A stretch of DNA of 64,000 nt, taken from the NCBI GenBank assembly GCA_965235115.1, contig OZ249440.1:8928001-8992000 (forward strand). The letters run 5' to 3'. Position numbers and translations under genes: made by a program. Positions 23,232 to 36,799 of the stretch are shown here, piece by piece. The number at the start of each line of letters is the position of its first letter. The first letter of the stretch is position 1. The DNA comes from Laetmonice hystrix (lineage: Eukaryota). Under the pieces are notes generated by a model, which saw only the letters and a program-made list of their open reading frames with translations, searched no databases and was not told the DNA's origin.

Positions 23232-24613
23232 GTGCTTCTCAGTCACGTTGACTGTGGTTCTATAGGTTCACAGAGTGACGATAATATCATCGTTTAACAT
23301 AATACGGTGACCATGACACAGGGAACACGGGCAAGATGACCGCCCAGATATTTGGCAAACGCTACATACCACAGGAAGACACGGGGAAAAAACTGACACA
23401 CCAGAAAAAAAACGAATTAGGCAAAAGCTCAAGGACATCTAGTTGTTAGATCAAAGATTAACGATCTGGTTCAAGACAGTCGCCTGATGATCATATTTGA
23501 TGAAAAACATTGATTAACAATTTGTGTGGTCACCCTGCCGTATAGAGAAACATTGGAGGGAGGCTAAGATAATTTCCAATATCTGAGGACACCGATGATT
23601 AGCTAGTGTGTGTGCGTGTGTGTGTGTGTGTTGGGGGGGGGCAATAAATCGGCCTCTCCACCCCCAACCAAAGCCCCACCTCAACCCATGGGAATGGGGG
23701 ACTGAGTATACCAAATGTGTAAAGAAGATCATCGTCATTTTGGATAAATGCTTTTGGCACCAGGTGGCATCGCATTCGCTGAACCCAGAACCTAATTTGA
23801 CTGAGCAGCGCATATGGAACGCGCAGTTGTGTATTGTATCCAAGGTATCCGTATATATCCGTCAGTCCACCCAATGACATCTTGTTGAGAGACATGCATA
23901 CTGAGAGCCACACAATCAAACCGTATTTTAAGATCATTGCCATATAAAAGATTGTACCCTTTCAACTGTTTCCATTTTCATACATCAGACTTTGAGCTCA
24001 CCATCCGCGATGGAAACATTGTTCCCTGACCACGATAAAGGCGCACAGCCTGTCTGATTTTAATATTATACCGATCAACCTCTTCCATAGGGTTCCTTGC
24101 TTGCAAATAGTAACGGGATGATTGTATGGCGGGGCGTCGTCGTTTTTCCAATATCCTGTGTGCCTTGACGATGCGGAGTTTTTCTTTTGTTTAGATTGAT
24201 GGGTGGAATACGATGGTGGAACAAATAGAGTCATTATGACGACGGTGCACGCATCGTCGGCCGGGTTGTACACAACAGAGCCCCCAGTATACAGTGTCGG
24301 TACTGGTAGCTGGCCAGAGTACAGCGAATTAATCGGAATGGTCGCCAGACGTTCCGACGCTCTACATGCCTTTGGCAGCGTGGTGATAGTCTCCTATTAT
24401 TAGATCAAGGTGGAAGATATTAGAAGCAATGGGGAAAAATCAAATGAGTCAACGTGCATAGTGTGGGATTTATTTATTTATTTATTTGTCATTTATTTAT
24501 TTTTTATGTTTTTAATTTTTTTAAATAGCTTCTTTTATTTCTTTAATTTCTTTGCTATTTTTGCACCCGTTTATTAGGAAGGTTACATTAATGAAACGGT
24601 TTTAAGTTCATGT

Positions 24614-24694
24614 GAATTAAGGGGTGAGAATTAAGGGGTGAGAATTAAGGGGTGGGAATTAAAGGGTGGGAATCAAGGGGTAAGAATCAAAGGG
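24614..24694. repeat. 14-bp tandem repeat gaattaaggggtga, ~6 copies
   Basis: Directly visible. Confidence 0.85.
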
Positions 24695-24699
24695 AGACC

Positions 24700-27600
24700 G
24701 TTTCCAGTGACCTGGCCTTCATTCAGAATGGCAAGCATCTGTTTCATCCACAAAGTTGGCACGGTAACCGCTTCCTTAGAGAGACACAAAGACACTTGCT
24801 CGGGCATCGCCGTTCTGACTTTCCTTGGTGCTGTAGCTGTTGATCAGTAATTGGCACAGAATTTAACGGGTCTGGTATATTCTCTTATACACTTTGGTAA
24901 GAACAGAGTTGACCTGTTACTTAGAGTCCGAGAAGAAAATTTCACTATTCACTAACCATTTAAAGTCCTCGTGACATGGGTTGTAAGGTTTGGTTAGTTC
25001 AGGTTAGTTTTATGCTGTGGGACTTTCTATAGAGGCATTGATGGAAAGTTTTGGAATGGAAAGTTTTAATATTCCATGGATGAGTATTGTGACATTTACG
25101 GAAGCATAATAAATCCATGTCAGAAACTGGCATCTTTGAAATACGAGCAGGTAGTGTTTTCTTTGTCCGTTTCAGTAAAAGCACGTTGCCAAACTAAAGT
25201 AGGTAGAGTAAGTCTTAGCACTGAGAATCTTTCACGATTCCGGATGCTGGGGTCATGGGCGGGTTGGAGCAGATAATAATTATGTTTCTCTAAGTGCGGG
25301 AAATTTCTTAGTGAGGGTCAACGGCTGCAGCAGCTCCTGGACCCATACAAAGGTCGGGCTAGGGGTCCTAGGTGGGGTTCACACTGCTCGTCCGGTGCAA
25401 AATCGTCCGGCACATCTGATATGATCAAACGGCTGCTGGCGTTCATATTGAGTGACCCTTACCCGCACTAAAGTCCATATCCACCAGAGCGTGTCGAGAA
25501 GCGAATCACCCCCAGAACAGCCACAAGGTGGCGTCGCAGACGGTCAGGCTGCCGTTTTTACAAAAAAAATGGGTAAAGTCCACTTACCAGTAGATCTCAT
25601 CAAGTAGTGAGGCCTGGCCAAAGGTTTGGTACCGAGAAACGCGTATTTTTTTCATAGTGTGGACAGATTTTCAGGGCGGCATCAATGCACCAGAGCCGTG
25701 CGCTATGTCGGCAATCAAGCGTTCAGATTGAAGTTACCCGACGTAGGTAGTCTACCGACATAACTATGCCCCCAATTTACCCGATGTAACTCGGGGGGCT
25801 TACGCGACGTAAGTTATGTCAGATGATTGCGTTCATATACAGGTGGCCACCCGAAACAGCGGGTCGGCGTCGATACAAGCCTCTAGTGTGAACGCGGCCC
25901 TAGAGCTGAGTGACGTACAATCAGACCGGAACAGACCGACTTGGGCCGGTGGCTTGTGATGGGGTGTCGTCGAGTACCTCATGTCGCGCCGGTCACACAG
26001 TCGTGTCGGTCACAGGCCAATAACACCTCGTCTCAACTGACCTGGTACCTGTGTCTCCTGGGTCACACATCTCGCCAGTCACATTCGAACAAAGAAAAGA
26101 AAGTTTGTTTATGCTAACAACAGTATATTTCTGGTTGCGAGTCAATGCGCTTGAATCGGTGAAAGTTGAGATGCGCTGAAATTGCCTCAAAGTTGCCGTT
26201 CAGTATATAAACAGAAACTTATTTTATTGTAATTCAGCATATATATGTGCACTCGCGGATAGGTAATTTAAAGAAAAAAGGCAAAAAGTATACAGGATCT
26301 GGATAGGGAAGTTTAGATGAGGGCTGGGGAGGGGGGGGGGGGTGATTCTATTCCGGGGGTTGAGTTGATTCTTAGTCTCGGGTGTGCTCTCTACCTCAAG
26401 CCGACATAGACCCCAGTAGATGAGGGGTGCGGCTGGGAGTTGGCGAGGATAAGGTTCCTTTAGATACGTGAATTATGAAACAGTTCGCCTGGGGTCCCTT
26501 GGATGAGACTGATATTCCACTGGGTACAGGGTGAATTATACATAGCACAGGGTCGACACAGGGACTGAGTACAGGGGTACTGTGAGTGTGTTGGACTACT
26601 TGGAGTTCTTCAGCTCCATCAGGAATTGACTATCCTGACTAGCAATAACTGCAATGTCATGTTTGTGGTAAGGCTGAGAACAGATAAATCGTTTTGAGTC
26701 ACTGATCATGACCTAGATTTGAACGGCATGGCAGTTGTAAACATTTCCGGGTGTACCGGTAATACATGTACATTGATAGTAAATTTTGGTTAAAGAGACG
26801 AAAATTAAAGAAATGTATAAAGCATAGATCATTGCCTGTGTATAAAACTTAATTGTGCTATTATCTTTAATCTAAGAATAGTTCTTTTGATCAATATTTT
26901 CAGATTTTAACCATTTTAAATCGTCCCTAATGTGTTGTAGCCAGATTACAAGTTGCTTGGGTTTTAGGCAATCATTACCTTTGAAATATATGCTTGTTTT
27001 TCGCCTTGGTATTGGACGGTTAAGAACATTGAGGTTAACATAGACTATCTATGTTAAATGATAACGTGGCGAATGTTGACATAGTGAGACAGTACAGGCA
27101 TTGGCAGCCGCCTTGAATTCGGACCTGATAAAACACATACATGTAGAAGTGAAGGTCTGCAGACTGGTTATGCTGGTCTCTTGGCCATGACAAACATATA
27201 TATCTAGATAATTTTGGCAATATGGTACAACTATAGCTTTCGCTTTCTTTGGAAAAAAGAAAAATTAAAAGAACAAAAATAAGTGGTTGGGATGAAAACC
27301 TCGCATACAAATTTGTAGGAGAACAGAGGACAATGTCTTCTGGGGGAACCTATTCGTGGCCACATTCAGTTTAAATTTAAACAAGAAAGGATCTCATTTT
27401 ATTTAAAACTGTCGACGTTTGTTTGTATTTTACCATCAAGGAAGAAACGCATCAATGTTTTCCTGAAAGAAATGATGTATTCTCAAATAAGGGTTGCATT
27501 AGGCACCGACAAAATAGAAATACTGCAGAAAGTCTGAACTTGCCATATTATCAGGCAAACAGTACAAAACCCCTCTATTAAACTTTACACAATGAATGCT

Positions 27601-30600
27601 CGAAAACAAGGTGATGTAAATGTTTGCTATGCTTGGTGAAATATTTGGCAGCTCTCCTGTCTGTTGATTTACTGAGAGTATTGGAATGTTATTGGGATAA
27701 TCCGTTCTTACTATCACCAAACTCTTAAAGTAGAAGATTAGGGGATTATGATAATCCATTTTAGCTCCCGCTGCCCCTTAGATCCATATTAGACGTATCA
27801 TTATTATGTGGAAACCAAAATTTCCTTCACTTTCGTGAGAAGTGGAGAGAGTTTTATTCCAGAGCGGATTTAATCACTTGTACGTACAATTTGAGGGAAT
27901 ACAGGGAACTTTAAACCCCGTGCAAAATTCAACCATGGCGTTGTTTAGTCTTCAGGTCTTTTGTTCGCATCGTCAGGGATCATAGGAAAAAGGGAGTTGA
28001 AAAAAATGAGGCAGATGACAAGGGGACAGGTGTTGGGAAGCACAAATGAAGGTATTTCGTTACCTCCACTGAAAGTGTTTCCTTGTGTGAGGACCGAGCA
28101 CGGCCATCGCAAGCCAACTAACCCCACCTGGTGGAAAGTGAAGACACTAATGGCAGATAGCTTCTGCCCCATCCAGCCGTTCATGTTAGACTGCCATTTG
28201 GTGTGAACAGTTTTCTTCCGTGACGATTAGGGTGAATAAATCGCCAAATTGGCAGGTAGTTTATGTAGCAAAACTTGGCAGTTTACTGAGGATTTTACGT
28301 CGGCTTGTGCAAGAGTCAAAGATCATTTATAAGCGAGTAGGTTTATATGAGGGCATATCTTGGAAGGACCATTGAGTAGACCAGTGGCACAGAATAACTG
28401 TCACACGTCTGGTCAATACTATTGACCATAGCGTTAGATAACGGACATATTCATTAACACATTTTTTGTTAATTGAAGATAGAGCCATGCAAACCAATAT
28501 TCGAATCATATACACAGTATTGGTGTATCATAATAAAATTAAAAGCTGGGAAAGAAAGTGAGAGAGAATTCTGTTTAATATAAAAAGTAGATTAAAAGGT
28601 CCTTAGTTTTGGCAAGGCTTAAAACTGAATCGTTTTAAGAAGACTTAGTTACACCATTTGTCGGATTTCCGCAGGAAATATTTCTCCCTCTGAGGGGAGA
28701 AATTCCCCACCCCCCGTCATACTTTGTCCGGGAATTGCACATTTCTTTGTGATGGTGTTGGAAAAATCCATATTTGTGATGGCAACGTTCTATTCTTAGC
28801 GAGGGTTCCTGGCAGAGGGGTGGGTGTGTGGGAAAGGAGATGGTTAGATCGTCTACTGTTTGATAGGCTTTGCCTCCCACGCTGACAATATATCAAGGAG
28901 GCTACCAGTGCCCTCCATGTTAGAGTCTTAAAAGGGGGTGGGGTGGGGGGAGCAGTTGACCCAGGTACCCTAGAACGATTGGCGGGGAACAAGTATGTGA
29001 TTTCTGAGACAGAGGGAGTAGGATCCTTGGAGTGTCCCAAGGTGCCAGCAGTGTATAGCACGACGGCCGTATAGGTTGAGGGTGTGCGTTACTTTGAGGA
29101 AATGATCGTATCAAATCAGTCATAATAATCTAAATGTGCTGGTTGTGACTGTAGTTCTGGGCGGTTGAGTTGATGACAGATAATTGTATTAGGTCGTTGA
29201 GTGGTTTATAAGAACATTGTGCAGGGGGATTACAAGGAATTGTCTTAATGGTGCAGGGATATAGATTACTGTAGGTGTCCGCTATGTTAGGGGATGTCAA
29301 GGAATGCTTGTAGGTGTCATCTTGTCAGCCAGAGCTGGTGCCGCTGTCAGGTTGTGGGCATGGTTGTCAGATTGAAGCCGTTGGAGTCAGGTTGTGGCTA
29401 GAGCTGTCGGGTTTAGGCCCTGGATATCAGGTTGTGGCTGTAGCTGTCAGGTTTAGGCCCTGGGTGTCAGGTTGTAACTGTAGCTGTCAGGTTTAGGCCC
29501 TGGATATCAGGTTGTGGCTGTAGCTGTCAGGTTTAGGTCCTGGGTGTCCGGTTGTGGCTATAGCTGTCAGGTTTAGGCCGTGGGTGTCAGGTTGTGGCTG
29601 TAGCTGTCAGGTTTAGGCCGTGGGTGTCAGGTTGTGGCTAGAGCTGTCAGGTTTAGGCCCTGGGTGTCAGGTTGTGGCTGTAGCTGTCAGGTTTAGGCCC
29701 TGGGTGTCAGGTTGTGGCTAGAGCTGTCAGGTTTAGGCCCTGGGTGTCAGGTTGTGGCTGTAGCTGTCAGGTTTAGGCCGTGGGTGTCAGGTTGTGGCTA
29801 GAGCTGTCAGATTTAGGCCGTGGGTGTCAGGTTGTGGCTGTAGCTGTCAGGTTTATATGCCCAGGGTGTCCGGTTGTGGCTAGAGCTGTCAGGTTTATGC
29901 CCTAGGTGTCCGGTTGTGGCTAGAGCTGTCAGGTTTATGCCCTGGGTGTCCGGTTGTGGCTAGAGCTGTCAGATTTATGCCCTGGGTGTCCGGTTGTGCC
30001 TAGAGCTGTCAGATTTAAGCTCTGGGTGTCAGGTTGTGGCTGCAGCTGTCAGGTTTAGGCCGTGGGTGTCAGGTTGTGCCTAGAGCTGTCAGATTTATGC
30101 CCTGGGTGTCCGGTTGTGCCTAGAGCTGTCAGATTTAGGCTCTGGGTGTTAGGTTGTGGCTATAACTGTCAGGTTTAGACTGTGGGCAGGAGAGTGCCCA
30201 AGGATAGAGGGGGAACCCCGTGTTGTCAAGGCCTTTTGAATAGCGAGGAACATGACATAACAGGGAGCGAAAGAGGGATCCCCTTTGGGGACAGAACAAC
30301 CCACTGATTGCCAGCCTCTGATTAAAGACAAAGAACCGAAGCAGACAGCCGAAGCTTTGAGCACAGACTGTGCCTCAGTCATGCCAGGTGTAGTCTTGTC
30401 TATCCCTAGACTACCAGTACTTACACAGAGGTGATTGGTCGTTAGGCCAGCCAGCTGTACCCTCATCACATGCTACCACTCACACGGACTCCACCGCCGA
30501 GCCAATCAGTGGACGTGAAACAGGCAGCCGTTGATTGTCTTGGCGCGGCCTAGTCTGCCGGGGAGGGAGAGGTGCAGTTCGTGTGGCCTAATGCAAGGCA

Positions 30601-30760
30601 GCTTGTGAGTGGGGCGCTATCTAATCTTTTCATCACGCAGCCTTTGTGGCAGACGACCATGCCGCCTTTGATGAGCTCTGTCATCAGGGTATCGATTGCC
30701 AGACTCTTACCAGTGCCATTCCTGGTCTACAGTTCAAGCAGTGAAAGTCTTAAAACGTCC
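24700..30760 (-). mobile_element. Decayed LINE-type remnants (ORF1-like region ~30200-30700, endonuclease-like pieces ~28700-28900 and ~26000-26150)
   Basis: Minus-strand fragments: Cys/His-rich VVCHKGC...SCLALGHTNC (possible degenerate PHD-like ORF1), RTKYDGGWGI and NILLLA*TNF (APE-like); many stops and frameshifts; may be several elements. Confidence 0.3.
29345..30180. repeat. 40-bp minisatellite (2 x 20-bp subunits), ~21 copies, unit tagctgtcaggtttaggccctgggtgtcaggttgtggctg
   Basis: Directly visible; both halves share tgtcaggtt. Confidence 0.97.
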
Positions 30761-30929
30761 TACGGGTTCCAAGGTGGGGCCTAAATTTCTGGATAAAATT
30801 AACATAATACCAAGGGGGTTTGAAGCAAACTATGTGTGTTTTTAGCGCATAGAGTCAGTGGTCAGCTGAGGCTGTGTCGTGCCCAAAACAAGAACGGTAC
30901 TTTTGATGGATAGAAAGTTATATGTTTTA

Positions 30930-31200
30930 TCTGGCACTATTGTTTTGCTTGGGTGACCTTGAAAGGTCAATCAAGGTCATACTTCTTTTCAACGGCTTAG
31001 GTCTCTAGAACTATTGAAATTTGAATACATAGTTACTCTAAATAAAGTATAGGAAGACATAAGTTTCATTTGGCACTATTTCACTTTACCATGCGTGATC
31101 ATGATGTACATTTGAGGCAGCTTATATCTCTAGAGGATGACGTTAAATTTGTGTATCATATATCAAACATGATTGGATGTACACTATCTCAAAAACACAA
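30930..31200. mobile_element. Possible non-autonomous Helitron-like repeat fragment
   Basis: tgaccttga-N8-tcaaggtca inverted repeat (30954-30979), a motif type I associate with invertebrate Helitron-like repeats; ends not identified. Confidence 0.3.
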
Positions 31201-33299
31201 AGTAAGCATAGTTCCTATAACCGCAGATCTAGTCTATCCCAGATAATAAGACTATTTTGAGTATGTGACACTGACGAGGTCTTGTTACCGACGTTTTGGC
31301 TTGGAGGTATTCCATGTTGTCATACAATACTCGCTTTTATCTCGAATGCTAAAAAAACTAAAAAGAGCGTTTTGCCTGTATTACATATGAATCCATGAAG
31401 CAGGTGTGTTTAGCGTTGTAGTATCCCCCTTGGGACTAAACGCCGATAGACAGCAATCAGTATGCGGGTGGCTTTGACACAAATCATAATCTTTGCGTGG
31501 AGCGCCACCTGTGATTACGTTGTGGAGGTAGACAACATGTCTCCCGAGTGTTTTTAGACGTGTCTTATGTCGTGCTGCATCCGGAGAAATAAGGCATACG
31601 TTACCATCTCAATCCGAATTTTTTTTTACTTCAAGCATGCGACATCTACTGGGAGTTAGTATAAAAGGTTTATTAATATTTCAAAGGGGGGTGGGGGGGG
31701 GGAATCAAGAAGAGCGTTGTCGGAACATGCAAGGTGTTCGAAGTTACTGTCACAGAGAGATTTATTATATCATTATGATGTATTACAACCCTGACTACAG
31801 AAGCTTCATCGCACTTTCAAAAAATTACCGCCCGAGTTTACAAACATTTCTTTTGAAGATATATTCTAATTTTAACAGATCTATTCACGAAGGCTGATAA
31901 TGTATGCATAAAGTTTCATTTCATTTCATAGAAATGAATTGGTGAGAAGGTTCCGAGGTTTGAACGTGGCAAAGGAAGAACTGACTAGTCATTTCTCTGC
32001 CAATGAACTCTGCCGTTTACTGTAAGTCGTAGAGTGGGTAAAGGAAGCCTCTGTAAATTCTGGTAATTATAATATACAGTACGTTATAAATTTGTAGAAA
32101 TTATAGGATACAGCTTGGATACAAAGCTGCACTTAAATGTAATGCTGTTTACAAGAGCCTGGATCTATTTTATCAAAAGAGACCGACGGACTGTCTTCAA
32201 AGCCTTGCAAATCTGGATCCACGTTTGTTCTATCAAAAGTAAATTAATAATTAGAAATCGAAAATATTCATCGGTGCCTGATGCAAACACCGAAACATTT
32301 TCTACGACGAAGTCATCCTTTAATTGTGATACGGTGTGTTCTTTAATAAACGCCTTGGGATGGCGGGCCGCCGAGAGGGTGGGGCGATCTGTGCATCATT
32401 CACTCTGTTTGACCCTTCACAGCTCTGTAGTTCCCTGGACGCCCACCAGGGCGGCAGAAGTGAAGGGGACTGTGAAAAGGTAGAATGAATAACCGTGGTA
32501 ACAGTGTCTCGCAGACTGTCGACGACCCAATGGTCAATCCAGGTAGGTATAAGGCTAGTGAGGGAAAAACGCGACTGCACCACAAAAAGGCAAAAATCGA
32601 AACGATACTGGTTTTGGGACCGGCCGGACCAAAAGAAAAAAGAAAAAGCAAAACCCAACCAGTCCTTTGAACAGCGTGGTGTTTAGAGTTATGGTTTAAA
32701 ATTTCTACCTCTTTTTTCTACTTTATAATTATATTCTCTATACTTCACATAGAGGAATTACATTAAGATTCGTCATAAATTGAAAAAGAGAAAGAAAGAA
32801 ACATCTACATTTGAGTCATACATGTTTTAATCATGAGAAGAAAGTTTATATTCAGAGATTTAATCAATCATACCACATATAAGTTCTTGAATTAATGGCA
32901 TACATATATTTATATCTTATCTTCAGTTTGCATATTTAAGAGAAACATATAATTTTGATAGTTCTATAGATGTGTTTCGTATTTTTAATTTTGCCAGTGG
33001 CGCTGTGCCACTTGGATGTATAACAGTATGTGTGTGTGTGAGGCGTGTGTCTGCGTCACCGCGCCTTGTTACAACAGACATTATTATTTTGTCTGTTGGT
33101 AAATCCATGTGTACAATTAACTGACTGTTTTGTCCTTCTTTTTGTCATGTCAGGACGGGGGTTGTCCAGGCTCAAATTCACAGGCGAGTAGAAGTTACAT
33201 AATATGAGTGCAGTTTTAAACAAATCCAAATGGAAACATGTCCATTTTAACACAATTCTTTGAGTGAGAGATCGTAACGGTTTACCACCTGTTGATGTA

Positions 33300-34300
33300 G
33301 TTCGTAAGGGTTAGTAAACTTTAAGTTTTATCACCGGCATATAACCTTCCCGAGTATTGATTGATCATTTGATTGATTGATTGATTGATGGATGGATTGA
33401 TGGAGGTGGATTGGTGTTCTGCAAAGGCTCAACCTAGCGTTAAACTGTAACATGTAGCCTCATCTCAGAAGTAGTGGGTGAACGTCATCCATGGGCTATA
33501 CGTTTTGATCTTCCGTCAAAAAACTAACACTCTTTGTTTTCTCTGGAGGATCCTCCATCTGATACTAGAGGTTGTAGTTTTAACCTTGGTTGAGCATCCA
33601 GTGAAAAATAAAACTGGAAATGTAGTAACGGGAAGGCCGTTATAAATGTTGGAAGCGGAGGTTCGTGGATGAGAGGAAGGTAACAGGTTTGGGATGTTTT
33701 GTATTACATATCATACACCAACGGACCGTAACTCGGTTACTGTACGTAAGTTTTTGTCACTACTGTTGTTTGCTCTGCTCACTCAATGGGTCCTGAGAAT
33801 TCTCAGTCGACAGCGATGGTAGGTTGATTTCTTTCTGATTCGTTATAATATATATATCACCATAGAAGGCATTGACATGTTGCCAGAATAGGGAGGTTGT
33901 AGGAGTTCTTATATTATATCTCTCACATTCTGGAGCCCAGGACTGGTTTTTTTTACTTGAATCTGTGATATGAAGCATTGCAGCCGAACCACTTAGGTTC
34001 TGGCTTGTATGGATCAAGATTTAGGCATGATAGCATTCTGGTGTAAGTGCATTTTGAACCTTACCCAATGTTACACCACCGGTAAGTTGCACTGTCTTAT
34101 ATATATCTATAGAAAAAAAAGACACCAGGAGCAGTAAGGGTAAACTTTTCATATTCTTTGAAGACAGGTGAAAACCTGGGCTGGCAGCAAGGAATAAGTT
34201 TTTGGCGGCCTGAAAGGTGGACAACTCCCACCGGCTGCCGTGAAATTTACAGGTTCTTGCTGGCCAGAATCCGTCAGCTGCCAAGAAGTGTTATGGCCTT
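33300..34300 (-). mobile_element. Decayed LINE ORF2 fragment (endonuclease to PWMT linker)
   Basis: Minus-strand TYSPWMT at ~33483-33502; the PW.T motif typically follows the APE domain in LINE ORF2; interrupted by stops. Confidence 0.35.
33357..33405. repeat. (GATT)n-(GATG)n microsatellite
   Basis: Directly visible. Confidence 0.85.
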
Positions 34301-34310
34301 GGTGGTCTGA

Positions 34311-34850
34311 GGGACGAGCTGAAATCATAAACCACCAGTAAGGGTAAAGGTTTTTCATTTGTCTTAGTAAGGGACGAGCTGAAATCATAAGCCAGCAGTG
34401 AGGGTAAAGGTTTTTCATTTGTCTCGGTAACGAGCTGAAATCATAAGCCAGCAATGAGGGTAAAGGTTTTTCAATTGTCTCGGTAAGGGACGAGCTGAAA
34501 TCATAAGCCAGCAGTGAGGGTAAAGGTTTTTCATTTGTCTCGGTAACGAGCTGAAATCATAAGCCAGCAATGAGGGTAAAGGTTTTTCATTTGTCTCGGT
34601 AAGGGACGAGCTGAAATCATAAGCCAGCAGTGAGGGTAAAGGTTTTTCATTTGTCTCGGTAACGAGCTGAAATCATAAGCCAGCAATGAGGGTAAAGGTT
34701 TTTCATTTGTCTCGGTAAGGGACGAGCTGAAATCAAAAGCCACCAGTAAGGGTAAAGGTTTTCATTTGTCTCAGTTAGGGAGGAGCTGAAAGCACCGGCT
34801 GCCAGTAAGGGTAAAGGTTTCGAGTGGTCATGGGATGAGCTGAAAACACG
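34311..34850. repeat. 56/60-bp alternating minisatellite (116-bp higher-order unit)
   Basis: gagctgaaa unit starts at 34316, 34376, 34432, 34492, 34548, 34608, 34664, 34724. Confidence 0.95.
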
Positions 34851-36799
34851 CCCTATGAGACCACATTGGCATGACTCGTTATTGTTGATTTTATGTTAGC
34901 ATGGCAAGCACATCAGTTAAGTCAATGATAGTCTTGATAAAGTTAATTGAGAAAGAAAGTTCAGTAGCAGTTGTAAATCTACAATATTCCATGATACCTT
35001 ACAGTCGTTTCTCAAAAGAAATATGATAGCTTTATTTGTTGTGCGCCTTACCAGTTAGAATGGCAGAGATTAAAGCTACCTACCTTGTACAACTACTGTA
35101 TATTGATAGAAGTAAATTGTTGTGAACGTGGGTGTACATTTGTGTGTATGGGTAATGAATAAATTTACTGATTCAGATGAGCTCTACTAAAGATTGATAA
35201 CCATGTTGTGCATGTTTCAATGGCGTCTGCACAAAAATGGAAAAGTGGCCGAACAGGTACGAGCACATTTTCTGTTCTACACTGGAGGATCGGGGAGGGG
35301 GTGGGGGCTGGTGTTTAGTCTCTTAAAGTACATTGTACATAGTTTTGGGGCTAGAGTCGCTTGATGGTTATGTTGCCTTGACATGCTATTTGTAGGTAAT
35401 AAAAAAAACGTTAAATTGGCCTACATCACGCACCCCCTTCCCTTTTTGATAGGGTTAATACTTTTAATTAATTTCGGCAAAATGTATTTGTGACCCTTAA
35501 GTGGACTTATGTAAAAAGATATGAATGTTTGAAGCGACTGAAGTTGAAAATTTCGAACACGCGAAAAGAGTTTCATGTCAGGGCCCTGAAATTGAGGGCG
35601 CCGTAAGAAGGTAATTTGTCATGGTAAAATCTTGGTTCGTTGGTTACTGTACTCTTGTAGACAAGCTTTAGTCTCTTGTCTGCTCGTGGGGGGCTGGGGG
35701 GGGGGGGGGGGGGTTGCCTGAAGGGTTGGTGGTAAGAAAGCCTACCGCTATAGGGAGTGGGAGTGAGGAGTCCGTGTGAGGGGACGGTGTCTTGGTGTTG
35801 TTTTGGTTAGGCTAGGGGGGAAGGTGGGGGGGCTCGACTGTTAAATGGCAGGTTAACTGACTGTGATCGTACTGCTGCCTGGGGCTGGCCATGGGCCGTC
35901 TTCCCCACCTCACCCCACCTCCCACCCCGGACCTATGACATACCAGCACGAGTGTGCTCAGACCGACAGGTAGTGTAATTGGCCGGCGGTGACGCCTAAT
36001 CAGACAAATGATTCCACCTGTCTGAACCAAGGCGATTGGCAGGAAATCACCATCGCCAGTTAAGTGCCAATTAAGTCAATAAGGCATGTAGCATTGGAAC
36101 GCACGAAGGGGTGTGCATGCAAAGAGGTCGGATGTTTGGTAGCAATGCAGTTTTAATGAGAGTCTGGAGATAAAAAATGGCTGCTCAGGTCGGGGAGGTC
36201 GCGTTGTATTGTTATGTCATGCTGTATGCGATGGAACAATTTGTTTAAAACAATTTGTGTAGTTTAGTGAAACAATTATTGCTCCTGTAAGCGGCCGAAA
36301 AGCCTATGATCGTCATGTAAATTGCAATGTATTGACTCAAAAGAGTACGAAATGGTAGAAAAGGGAAATTAGGGGAATTTTCCCGAAAAATATTGTCTTC
36401 AAAGTGAGGAGTCAGAGTATATTTAAGAAACAGATTCGGGGGGGGGGGGGGGGGGTCGGGGTGTCCATAATCTTGATTTTATTGGAGATAGGGTTTTAGA
36501 AACAAGATAACATTTCTCTTTCGCCTATTGGAGCCGAGAATAAGGAGCAAGTTGTGCAGTAAATGAGTAAGAAAGACGTATAGAGGTCAATAAGGGTGAT
36601 ACGTGAATGTGACCACCCTGCCCCTATCCGAGCCTGATCCCAAGGTCAGGATCGACCAACGACTCGTATCGAGACGACCCGGCGTAGGTTACGCCCTCTG
36701 GTGAAAGGCGACCGAACTAATCTGTGGTTTTCACCGACAGTCGCTGTTGTCGTGTGAGGTCGGCAGTGGAGGCTGGAGTGTGCGTGTGGACTCGGTCGG

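Noticed and set aside
23476-23515. ctgatga...tgaaaa hammerhead-like core
   Set aside because: No helix I or III partners identifiable.
24700-24780. TDAC motif suggesting DIRS RNase H
   Set aside because: Isolated; no RT or tyrosine-recombinase motifs or DIRS terminal repeats seen.
29345-30180. TTAGG telomere-like motif in the 40-bp unit
   Set aside because: Single pentamer per unit, not a telomeric tract.
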